Source: an uncultured Pelagibacteraceae bacterium
Lineage (GTDB): Bacteria > Pseudomonadota > Alphaproteobacteria > Pelagibacterales > AG-422-B15
NCBI GenBank assembly: GCA_902547315.1
Contig: CACCND010000005.1
Span: 20,841 to 84,840, forward strand
Direction: 5' to 3'
DNA length: 64,000 nucleotides
Shown: in pieces, positions 1-8,117 of the stretch
How positions within the stretch are numbered: position 1 is the first letter of the stretch
Layout: each line of letters begins with the position of its first letter
Program-made: the position numbers and the translations under genes
Notes under the pieces: model-generated
The model's database searches: none
What the model was told of the DNA's origin: nothing
The model's input: the letters and a program-made list of their open reading frames with translations, nothing else

Positions 1-1
1 T

Positions 2-214
2 GGACTTTTAAATGAAAAACCATCTGAATGGCTTTCCTGGAAAAAAGAAAATTTAAATATTAATACCGCTCAAGTTGAGTTGCTTATTGCTCAAAGAAAT
101 GAGGCACGATCAAACAAGAACTTTGATGATGCTGATAGGATCCGAAATGAGTTAGACAAAATGGGAGTCATCCTTGAAGATCAAGGCAGTGAAACAACTT
201 GGAAAGTTAAGTAA
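2..214 (+). CDS. cysS: cysteinyl-tRNA synthetase, C-terminal fragment (5' end outside the window)
   Basis: Frame is open from the window edge to TAA at 212-214. Translation ...LIAQRNEARSNKNFDDADRIRNELDKMGVILEDQGSETTWKVK fits the conserved CysS C-terminal helix pattern. Confidence 0.6.
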   Translation, partial: GLLNEKPSEWLSWKKENLNINTAQVELLIAQRNEARSNKNFDDADRIRNELDKMGVILEDQGSETTWKVK

Positions 215-1807
215 GTGAAAGAAAAATTATACATATTTGATACGACTCTTAGAGACGGAGCTCAAACTTACGGTGTTGATTTTAATGTTGATGAAAAAAA
301 ACTTCTCGCAAAAAAATTAGATGAGCTTGGTGTTGACTATATTGAGGGTGGATGGCCAGGAGCAAACTCAACTGATACTAAGTTTTTTAATGAAGATTTA
401 AAATTTAAAAACTCTATGTTTACTGCGTTTGGCATGACTAAAAAATCTGGTCGCAGCGCGGAAAATGATCCTGGTTTGGCTGCAATGATAAATATTAATG
501 CGCCTTCAGCATGTGTAGTTGGAAAATCTTGGGATTTCCATGTTGATCTTGCATTGGGAATTACCAATGAGGAAAATTTAGAAAATATTGGAGAGTCAGT
601 AAAATTTTTAGCAAAAACAAAAAAAGAAGTACATTTTGATGCTGAACATTTTTTTGATGGTTACAAATCTAATCCAAATTATGCAATTGAATGTCTTAAA
701 GCTGCAAAGTCAAATGGCGCACGGTGGCTTGTTCTTTGTGACACGAATGGAGGAACTCTTCCGCATGAAGTTGAAGATATCGTATCAAAAGTTTCTAGAG
801 AAATTTCAGGAGATCATCTTGGTATTCATGCACATAATGACACAGGTAATGCAGTAGCCAATACTCTTGCTGCTGTAAGGGCAGGTGCTAGACAGGTTCA
901 GGGCACGATAAATGGTTTAGGTGAGAGATGTGGGAATGCCAATCTGATTTCACTATTGCCAACATTTGCTTTTAAAAATGAATTTGAAAACAAATTTGAC
1001 TTATCAATTAATAAAGAGCAACTTAATCTTTTAACCGAGCTCTCAAGGCTTCTTGATGAAATCCTAAACAGAGTCCCAAATCGTACAGCACCTTATGTTG
1101 GCTCTTCTGCTTTTGCACATAAGGGTGGATTGCATGTTTCTGCGGTCAATAAAGATCCAAAGACTTACGAACACATCAATCCCGAACTTGTGGGCAATCA
1201 AAGACAAATTATCATTTCTGAACAATCAGGAAAATCTAATATTTTATCAAAATTAAAATCAGCAGGAATAGAAGTTGATGAAGACGATAAGACAATTCAA
1301 AAAATCTTAGATCGAGTAAAAGAAAGAGAATTTAATGGTTATTCTTACGATGGGGCCGATGCTTCTTTTGAAATTCTTGTTAACAAGGTACTTGGCAAAA
1401 TGCCAGAATATTTTGAAGTAATCAGTTTTAATGTGAATGTACAAAATTCAGGTGAAGAGGGGCAGACCATGTCAGAAGCTTCTGTGAAATTAAAAATTGA
1501 TAATGATGAACTGATCGGTACCGGTAAAGGAGTTGGTCCAGTCAATGCATTGGATAATGCTCTTCGAAATAATTTTAAGTCAAGCCGTTATGCTGAGTAC
1601 ATAAACGATTTATCGTTAATTGACTATAAAGTTCGAATTCTCAATACGGGTACCGATGCGATAACTCGAGTTTCAATTGAAAGTTCTGATGCAAATAAGA
1701 AAAGTTGGTACACAATAGGTGTTTCAGAAAATATTATCGAAGCATCCTTTAGAGCGCTAATTGATAGTGTTGAATTTAAATTAATGAAAGAACAAGTAAA
1801 AGTTTAA
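215..1807 (+). CDS. cimA: (R)-citramalate synthase / 2-isopropylmalate synthase family protein
   Basis: GTG start. N-terminus LYIFDTTLRDGAQTYGVDF...VDYIEGGWPGAN and HAHNDTG are HMGL-like/LeuA-family signatures. The ~530 aa length fits the CimA subgroup. Confidence 0.8.
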   Translation: MKEKLYIFDTTLRDGAQTYGVDFNVDEKKLLAKKLDELGVDYIEGGWPGANSTDTKFFNEDLKFKNSMFTAFGMTKKSGRSAENDPGLAAMININAPSACVVGKSWDFHVDLALGITNEENLENIGESVKFLAKTKKEVHFDAEHFFDGYKSNPNYAIECLKAAKSNGARWLVLCDTNGGTLPHEVEDIVSKVSREISGDHLGIHAHNDTGNAVANTLAAVRAGARQVQGTINGLGERCGNANLISLLPTFAFKNEFENKFDLSINKEQLNLLTELSRLLDEILNRVPNRTAPYVGSSAFAHKGGLHVSAVNKDPKTYEHINPELVGNQRQIIISEQSGKSNILSKLKSAGIEVDEDDKTIQKILDRVKEREFNGYSYDGADASFEILVNKVLGKMPEYFEVISFNVNVQNSGEEGQTMSEASVKLKIDNDELIGTGKGVGPVNALDNALRNNFKSSRYAEYINDLSLIDYKVRILNTGTDAITRVSIESSDANKKSWYTIGVSENIIEASFRALIDSVEFKLMKEQVKV

Positions 1808-1813
1808 ATTCAA

Positions 1814-2551
1814 ATGAATTTTGATAAAATTTCAATTATTCTTGTTGATACTCAATTGCCTGAAAATGTCGGTCTTGTTGCTCGGTCTATGTACAACTTT
1901 GGTTTCACTAATTTAAAACTGGTATCACCTAAACTTGAATGGCCATCAGAGAAAGCACTTGCAGTAGCTGTAGATGCTAAGAATATAGTTGAAAATATCA
2001 AAGTATTTAGCTCTCTTCGAGAGGCGTTGAGTGATTCCAATTATTCAATTGGCTATACAGCACGTCTAAGAGATATGAGTAAACAATTTAGTGACAATTC
2101 TAAAATTATCAGTGAAATAAAAGAACAGAAAATTAATGATAGTATTGGCGTTGTTTTTGGCGGCGAAGCTTCGGGACTTACAAATGATCATTTGTCACTT
2201 ATAACAAAATGTGTGACTATTGATACGCATGAAAATTTTTCATCTCTTAATTTATCTCATGCAGTCAATGTATTTTGTTATTCATTATTTTCTCAAGTAT
2301 TTAAAACTGAGCAGTTAGTTGATAAGAATTCTGAGCCTCATGGAAGTCAGAATGATCTGATGTACTTTTTTGACCATTTAGAAGAAGAGCTTGAATCTAG
2401 AGGTTTTTTTCAACCTGAAGAAAAAATGCCAAAAATGAAGCAAAACCTAAGAAATATCTTTCATCGTGCTGATCTCAGTGAACGTGAGATAGCAACACTT
2501 AGAGGGGTTGTGACAGTGCTTACAGAATATAGAAAAACTAAGGAAATTTAG
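1814..2551 (+). CDS. SpoU/TrmH-family RNA 2'-O-methyltransferase (TrmJ-like)
   Basis: [26 protein letters not shown] and GGEASGL...LNLSHAV are SPOUT-family motifs. The 245 aa length resembles TrmJ. Confidence 0.7.
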   Translation: MNFDKISIILVDTQLPENVGLVARSMYNFGFTNLKLVSPKLEWPSEKALAVAVDAKNIVENIKVFSSLREALSDSNYSIGYTARLRDMSKQFSDNSKIISEIKEQKINDSIGVVFGGEASGLTNDHLSLITKCVTIDTHENFSSLNLSHAVNVFCYSLFSQVFKTEQLVDKNSEPHGSQNDLMYFFDHLEEELESRGFFQPEEKMPKMKQNLRNIFHRADLSEREIATLRGVVTVLTEYRKTKEI

Positions 2552-2604
2552 CTTTCAGGTTTGACATTGGTGAGGAAACCAGTATAAACCACGGATCATC
2601 AAAT

Positions 2605-3222
2605 ATGACAAAAAGAGTAGCGCAAAAACACAAAATAGACAGACGTCTGAGTGTTAACCTATGGGGCAGACCAAAAAGCCCATTCAACCTGAGAAAATAC
2701 AGACCCGGCCAACATGGACAAAAGCATACAGGCAAATTGTCTGATTATGGCGTTCAATTAAATGCCAAACAAAAGCTAAAAGGTTATTATGGAAACCTCA
2801 ACGAGAGACAATTCCGTAATTGTTATAAAGAAGCTATTAGACAAAAAGGTGACTCAGGTGAAAACCTAATTGCTATTTTAGAACGCAGACTTGATACTAT
2901 TGTTTATCGATCAAAGTTTGTACCAACTGTATTTGCTGCTAGACAATTTATTAATCATGGACATGTCAAAGTTAATGGAAAAAGAGTTAATATTGCAAGC
3001 TGTCTTCTTAAAGAAGGTGATGTTGTCGAAGTCAAAGATAAATCTAAAGAGATGGCATTAGTAGTTGAGTCAATGAAAAGCCAGGAAAGAGACATCCCAG
3101 GATATATCACAGTTGATGAAAAAAAATGTTCTTCAACTTTTGTAAGGACACCTCAGTTTGCTGAAGTTCCATATGCTACGCAAATGGATCCGAAACTAGT
3201 TATCGAGTATTATTCTCGATAA
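2605..3222 (+). CDS. rpsD: 30S ribosomal protein S4
   Basis: 205 aa with an S4 N-terminal region and S4 RNA-binding domain ([34 protein letters not shown]). Confidence 0.95.
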   Translation: MTKRVAQKHKIDRRLSVNLWGRPKSPFNLRKYRPGQHGQKHTGKLSDYGVQLNAKQKLKGYYGNLNERQFRNCYKEAIRQKGDSGENLIAILERRLDTIVYRSKFVPTVFAARQFINHGHVKVNGKRVNIASCLLKEGDVVEVKDKSKEMALVVESMKSQERDIPGYITVDEKKCSSTFVRTPQFAEVPYATQMDPKLVIEYYSR

Positions 3223-3229
3223 TATTAAA

Positions 3230-4333
3230 ATGAGTGCATCGCACTTTTTTTCAAAAGATTATTATCAAGCGAGAGATAAGTTCATCAAGACAATAAATGA
3301 ATTGAAGGATCGAGGTCACAAAGTTAGTCATGATATACTAAGTTTAGATTGCAAAGGACCTAATCAAGAAAATCTATCCATTGATATAGCAACCATTGGG
3401 TCAATCGATAATGATAACTTATTACTATACAGTTCGGGTATTCATGGGGTTGAGGGATTTGCAGGGTCAGCAATTCAATTATCAGTTTTAGAGCAACTCA
3501 AAAATGAGAAACCCATCAATGATTATTGTATTGTCTTCATTCATATCATTAATCCATATGGCATGGCATGGCACAGAAGAGTGAATGAAAATAATGTTGA
3601 TTTGAATAGAAATTTTTTAAATGATCATAAAGGTGAGCCTGAGGGTTATCAAAAAATTGACTCATTTTTAAATCCACAAAGTATACCAAGTAGATTTGAC
3701 TTAGTGTATCTGTCAAAAGGATTATCGTTACTGCTTAGATATGGATTTACAAATGTGAAGCAATGGATTGCTCAGGGGCAATACACAAGACCCAGAAGCT
3801 TACAATTTGGTGGGAATAAACTTCAACAAGGCCCTGAAAAAATAGTAAGTTGGTTAAAAGAAAATTTAACAAATACGAAAAATATTTTTGCAATCGACTT
3901 GCACACAGGCTTAGGCCCCTCGGGATATGATACAATTTTGATACAAGACGATATTAATCATAACAATTACTCAACTCTTCAAAGATTATTTGGATCTCAT
4001 GTTGCTGAATTAAACCCAACAAAAGGAATAGGATATAGAGTTACAGGTGATATTCATTCCGGTCTGACAAGTTTTTTATCAAATATTAACTGGCTTTGTA
4101 TCACCCAAGAATTCGGCACATTCGGTCCCACAAAAGTTTTTAAAAACTTACGAGCTGAAAATAGATGGACGCATAACAATAATTTATCAAATCAAGTAAA
4201 AGTAATGAACCATTGGTCAAGAACCAATTTACTTAAAACATTCAACCCTAAAGATAGTATTTGGCAGAAAAAACTAATTGATAGAGGTTTAACAGTATTT
4301 AAAATCTCAGAAAGATATCTCAAAAATCTCTAA
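3230..4333 (+). CDS. DUF2817 / M14-like (succinylglutamate desuccinylase-aspartoacylase type) metallopeptidase family protein
   Basis: SSGIHGVEGFAGSA and NPYGMAWHRRVNENNVDLNRNF match the M14-like DUF2817 pattern. Confidence 0.55.
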   Translation: MSASHFFSKDYYQARDKFIKTINELKDRGHKVSHDILSLDCKGPNQENLSIDIATIGSIDNDNLLLYSSGIHGVEGFAGSAIQLSVLEQLKNEKPINDYCIVFIHIINPYGMAWHRRVNENNVDLNRNFLNDHKGEPEGYQKIDSFLNPQSIPSRFDLVYLSKGLSLLLRYGFTNVKQWIAQGQYTRPRSLQFGGNKLQQGPEKIVSWLKENLTNTKNIFAIDLHTGLGPSGYDTILIQDDINHNNYSTLQRLFGSHVAELNPTKGIGYRVTGDIHSGLTSFLSNINWLCITQEFGTFGPTKVFKNLRAENRWTHNNNLSNQVKVMNHWSRTNLLKTFNPKDSIWQKKLIDRGLTVFKISERYLKNL

Positions 4334-4374
4334 ATTTTCATTGATTATTTTTTTAATCATGAAAATATTTAACT

Positions 4375-4554
4375 ATGGATTATAAAACTTTCATAGAAGC
4401 AATGGATGATCTTGCTATGGGTATAGGAGACATTGCAGATCGTTTAGAGATAACAGTTGAAGAAGTTCAGAAATGGGAGTCTTTGGAATCTGTTCCACAA
4501 GAAGCAATTGATCTTTACGAGATGGAGCAAGAAAATCAAATTATCGAAGATTAG
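4375..4554 (+). CDS. small (59 aa) HTH-like protein, missing from the ORF track (under 60 aa); paralog of 11891-12049
   Basis: ATG at 4375 to TAG at 4552-4554. Translation MDYKTFIEAMDDLAMGIGDIADRLEITVEEVQKWESLESVPQEAIDLYEMEQENQIIED. The segment DIADRLEITVEEVQKWE...VP looks like an excisionase/Cro-type helix-turn-helix. It shares a 21-nt stretch, GTTCCACAAgAAGCAATTGAT, with the 11891-12049 gene. Confidence 0.45.
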   Translation: MDYKTFIEAMDDLAMGIGDIADRLEITVEEVQKWESLESVPQEAIDLYEMEQENQIIED

Positions 4555-4555
4555 A

Positions 4556-5119
4556 TTAATTTGAGCGGTACAACTTGAATTCAGTTGATTGACCAGAAGT
4601 TGTGGCTCCCTTGTTTAAAAGTCTCTTACCCCTATAAAAAACATTCGATACAACTTCTTTACCCTCTATATCGTAATATTCAATTTTAAGTTGGTTCATT
4701 TCAAATTCTTCTTCATAAATTTTTGCAGAAAAAAAAGTACCTTTTTCAAATGACTCACCTATGAATCTATAGGTCTCATCAGAAGCTTCATTGATATAAA
4801 ATTCATGATAATCAATTTCAATTTCAAGTTCTTCCAGGGAACCTGTTTCAAGAGTGAGTTCGTGGATTGGACTTTCATCTTTTTTGATAATCAATTTATT
4901 TTTTTCTTCAAAAAATAGGTTATGCAAATGTGCTATGTCATCACATTCAAACCATGCTCCATTATCAAAGGGTTTCAATTCTTTTGGTATCTCCACATTA
5001 CCATTAATGAAATCCTGCATATCGATCTTGTTTGATAAGAAATAATTGAATGTTTCTTTACTTATTGTACCAACTACAATCTCGACCCCATACCCACTTA
5101 GCTCAAGTTGGTATGTCAT
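4556..5119 (-). CDS. hypothetical acidic protein, tightly coupled downstream of grxD
   Basis: 187-aa ORF whose start lies 5 nt after the grxD stop. No motif I recognise. Confidence 0.5.
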   Translation of the reverse strand: MTYQLELSGYGVEIVVGTISKETFNYFLSNKIDMQDFINGNVEIPKELKPFDNGAWFECDDIAHLHNLFFEEKNKLIIKKDESPIHELTLETGSLEELEIEIDYHEFYINEASDETYRFIGESFEKGTFFSAKIYEEEFEMNQLKIEYYDIEGKEVVSNVFYRGKRLLNKGATTSGQSTEFKLYRSN

Positions 5120-5124
5120 TAGTA

Positions 5125-5454
5125 TTAATCGTGAGAGATATTCTTTGAGTCAAGCACCTCAGCTAACTCACCACTTTTATGCATATCTAAAATAATGTCA
5201 CAGCCTCCTATGAACTCACCTTTAATATAGAGTTGAGGTATTGTTGGCCAGTTAGTAAAGTCTTTGATGCCTTGGCGGAGTTCATCGCTTTCAAGGATAT
5301 TAACATCCTTGTAATCAATATTCATAAAAGAAAGCGTATTTACAACCGCATTTGAGAAACCACATTGTGGCTGATCTTTAGTACCTTTCATGAATAGAAC
5401 AACATCATTTTTATCAATGATGTCTTTAATGTTGCTTTGAACCGTTTCATTCAT
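5125..5454 (-). CDS. grxD: monothiol glutaredoxin (Grx4/GrxD family)
   Basis: CGFS active site (PQCGFSN) and the [19 protein letters not shown] signature. 109 aa. Confidence 0.9.
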   Translation of the reverse strand: MNETVQSNIKDIIDKNDVVLFMKGTKDQPQCGFSNAVVNTLSFMNIDYKDVNILESDELRQGIKDFTNWPTIPQLYIKGEFIGGCDIILDMHKSGELAEVLDSKNISHD

Positions 5455-5502
5455 AAAATAAGAATTAACTGCTTTTTAAATTTATTCAATAAGAAAAATT
5501 AT

Positions 5503-6291
5503 ATGAAGAAAATTGCCTTTTGTTACGACTTTGATGGAACGCTATCAAGTGGAAATATGCAAGAACAAGATCTTTTACCAGACTGCAACATTACTCCAGA
5601 AAAATTTTGGGGCGAAGTAATTGAAACATCAAAAAATATCAAAGCTGATCCTGTACTTATGTACATGCATCTTTTGCTTGAAAAGATGAAGAAGGCCAAA
5701 ATACCCATTACCCCTGAAACATTTAATCAGTATGGTCAAAAATTAAAATTATTTAAGGGTGTCGATACATGGTTTGATCGCATGTCATCTTTTGGATTAT
5801 CTAAAAATATTGAAATTGAGCATTATATTATATCAGCAGGAATAACTGAGATGATCTATGGCTGTTCTTTTTCTAAAGCAATAAAACAAATCTATGCATG
5901 TTCATACTATTACCGAGAAAATGGAGTTGTGTGGCCAAAGCTTTCAGTAAATTTCACCGCGAAAACACAGTTTTTGTATCGTATTCATAAAGGGACTTTT
6001 GAAATGTCTGATCAACATTCCGTCAATGCTAAGGTTGAAGAAGAAAATATCAATATTCCATTTAACCATATGGTTTTTTTTGGTGACGGTGAAACTGATA
6101 TCCCTTCTTTTAGAATTGTAAGTGGGGGAGGTGGATGTTCAGTCTGTGTTTATGATCCCTTTAAAGAGAAATCAAAAAAAATTGCTAATCAATTGGTTCA
6201 AGATCAGCGAGTTCAACATGCTGTAAAAAATGATTATTCCGAGGGCGAGGAATTGGATACAGTAATTAAAAATTTCATTTTATCTCTCTAA
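5503..6291 (+). CDS. HAD-superfamily hydrolase (phosphatase-like)
   Basis: Motif I is YDFDGTL, motif II is IISAG, and motif IV is FFGDGETD. I chose the start at 5503 (MKKIAF...) because the 5437 start in the track overlaps the grxD 5' end. Confidence 0.65.
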   Translation: MKKIAFCYDFDGTLSSGNMQEQDLLPDCNITPEKFWGEVIETSKNIKADPVLMYMHLLLEKMKKAKIPITPETFNQYGQKLKLFKGVDTWFDRMSSFGLSKNIEIEHYIISAGITEMIYGCSFSKAIKQIYACSYYYRENGVVWPKLSVNFTAKTQFLYRIHKGTFEMSDQHSVNAKVEEENINIPFNHMVFFGDGETDIPSFRIVSGGGGCSVCVYDPFKEKSKKIANQLVQDQRVQHAVKNDYSEGEELDTVIKNFILSL

Positions 6292-6398
6292 ATAAGTATT
6301 TATCAAATATTACTTATTAAAATTAGTAATTTTAATTTCTATAAAATTATGTCAGGATATCTTCGTACAAAATTATTCAATTTATTAGGAGTTAAATT

Positions 6399-6704
6399 AT
6401 GCATGTAGACGAAGTAATTAAAAAATTAGGTGAGCACATGGAAAAGGTACTTGAAGAAGATGCAGATGCATTTAATTGGGATGTTAAGAATAAAGTTGTA
6501 AAAGATGTTGTTAAGCTTGAAAAGCTTGGAAAGATTTTTAGCGAAGAACAAATCGAAGAAATGGAATACTACGATCTTTTTGCAGAAGGGCATAATTTTG
6601 ATGAAGCAAAAAAAACTTCTATAGTAGTTTCATTAATTTTTTGGATGTGCGCTCATACAGACATTGAATTTCCAGATGACATAAGAGACTGGGATCCCCG
6701 TTAG
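6399..6704 (+). CDS. hypothetical protein (101 aa, acidic)
   Basis: ORF only; no recognisable motif. Confidence 0.4.
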   Translation: MHVDEVIKKLGEHMEKVLEEDADAFNWDVKNKVVKDVVKLEKLGKIFSEEQIEEMEYYDLFAEGHNFDEAKKTSIVVSLIFWMCAHTDIEFPDDIRDWDPR

Positions 6705-6746
6705 AGATGGGATTCTTAAGCCTTCTTAAGGCGTCAAGTTCAATAA

Positions 6747-6779
6747 ATGAAGTTAAATACGGACTTGTTTAAATTATGA
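6747..6779 (+). repeat. mini-ORF / relic MKLNTDLFKL*, homologous to the 5' end of the 7254 gene
   Basis: ATGAAGTTAAATACGGACTTGTTTAAATTATGA. A 37-nt alignment with 8088-8125 has 6 mismatches, and it aligns with 7254-7280. Confidence 0.6.
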
Positions 6780-6795
6780 ATAATAAAAGGTCAAC

Positions 6796-7242
6796 ATGGT
6801 AGGTTTTGAAATCAATGCTCAAATAAATTGTTACTCCTTTGAGGATGATAATCTTGATGACGGGCAACTAAAAATAACAACCATGTATTTTGATGATGGC
6901 ACTGTTTTATTAGACTCAAGTTATTACCAAACTAAAGCAGAAATTGAGAATGAGGGGAATAAGTGTATAGAAGGCACATTTATTCACACGAAAGATGATG
7001 GAACGGTTTTAACTGACTGGAGTTGGGATACAGTATCAGAGTTTGATGGTACTCAAAAAGACTTTATGGTAGCACCACAGGGTGAGGTATTGTTTGAAAC
7101 TGATCATGACTTAGAAGAAGTTAAAGCAATTTTGAATAAAACATGTGATGTAATATCAGTAAGCTTAGTGCTTGAGGCAGGGGGTCAAATTGATATGAGC
7201 ACAACACAACTTTCTGATTGCCAAATTAGTAAAATTAAATAG
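6796..7242 (+). CDS. hypothetical protein (148 aa, acidic)
   Basis: ORF only. It is preceded by a 10-codon mini-ORF (6747-6779) homologous to the 5' end of the next gene. Confidence 0.4.
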   Translation: MVGFEINAQINCYSFEDDNLDDGQLKITTMYFDDGTVLLDSSYYQTKAEIENEGNKCIEGTFIHTKDDGTVLTDWSWDTVSEFDGTQKDFMVAPQGEVLFETDHDLEEVKAILNKTCDVISVSLVLEAGGQIDMSTTQLSDCQISKIK

Positions 7243-7253
7243 TAGAACTGAAT

Positions 7254-8057
7254 ATGAAAGTTAAAACTGATTTATTTGCACACGTTGGTGTTGTCAAATC
7301 ACAAGAGCTGTCTGGCAATTTCACGCATGAAATGCTTTATGAATTTCCAAGTTATTCGATATATTTCTCAAGGGAGACCGGTCAGGGTTTTATTTATGTT
7401 TCCTTTGCAATATCTTCGCCCGATACTTTCAACTCACTCATATTTTTAAATTGTTCAGATATGGAAGAAGCTGATGAATATCTGAAAAGCGATGAAAACC
7501 CTGAACCTAGTATATACATGTGTTTAAATCAATTAATTAAGATGGTTTATGATCCTGATGCAAACCACTTAAAATTAAATCCTCCTCTTGTGGATCAATT
7601 TACTGAATATTTCTGTAATGATGAAGGTAGAAAATTCTCCCGTTTCTATAACACTACTACTGAAACAAATAATGATAAATTAGATGCAGACGAAGCTTTT
7701 CCGGAATTGCTTTGCGGTTACATTTCAGACTTTATATTATCTGGTAAAACAGACACTTCGGAATTTCCAAACTGGGATACTGAAGGTGTTTGGCTAAAAG
7801 GTCTTACAGAAGTATCAAATGATGGTTGGATAATTGGTAGTGATAGGGATGGTTTTTTTGTGCTCAAGAAAGATATTGAAGCTGAAATAGATACTGAGAC
7901 CAAAACAGTGACTATTAATGGCAATGTTTATGATGGCAGCACAAGTAAAACTGAATTTGATACAAATCCTGATGCACCTGAATATCTAGATGTCGTTTTA
8001 AACGACGATGTTTTTGATGTTCAATCGTTATCAGTTTTATATTTCGCTAAAAAATAA
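7254..8057 (+). CDS. hypothetical protein (267 aa, acidic)
   Basis: ORF. Its first 9 codons (MKVKTDLFA) and a C-terminal segment (KTEFDTNPD) both recur elsewhere in the island as fragments. Confidence 0.5.
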   Translation: MKVKTDLFAHVGVVKSQELSGNFTHEMLYEFPSYSIYFSRETGQGFIYVSFAISSPDTFNSLIFLNCSDMEEADEYLKSDENPEPSIYMCLNQLIKMVYDPDANHLKLNPPLVDQFTEYFCNDEGRKFSRFYNTTTETNNDKLDADEAFPELLCGYISDFILSGKTDTSEFPNWDTEGVWLKGLTEVSNDGWIIGSDRDGFFVLKKDIEAEIDTETKTVTINGNVYDGSTSKTEFDTNPDAPEYLDVVLNDDVFDVQSLSVLYFAKK

Positions 8058-8087
8058 ATAGAGGAAAAAATTATAAATAAAGTAATA

Positions 8088-8117
8088 TTGAAGTTAAATA
8101 CTGACTTGTTTGCTTAA
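8088..8117 (+). repeat. mini-ORF / relic (TTG)KLNTDLFA*, whose stop overlaps the DUF4116 start (TAATG)
   Basis: TTGAAGTTAAATACTGACTTGTTTGCTTAA. Homologous to 6747-6779 and to 7254-7280 (ATGAAAGTTAAAACTGATTTATTTGCA). Confidence 0.6.

Noticed and set aside
337-1545. Antisense and alternative-frame ORFs inside cimA (337-567 on the minus strand, 636-857 on the plus strand, 1345-1545 on the minus strand). Similar short overlapping ORFs occur throughout the track inside purL, purB, fusA, secY and the ribosomal protein genes.
   Set aside because: Each is nested in a confidently identified gene and none has a recognisable motif.
5437-5502. Upstream-extended starts offered by the track: HAD gene 5437, module gene 16996, OMP 27525, secE 37328, rpsG 48935, fusA 49461, rplW 53174 and small secreted protein 34344
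   Set aside because: The extensions overlap neighbouring genes or tRNAs, or add non-conserved residues. In each case an internal ATG reproduces the canonical N-terminus or signal peptide.
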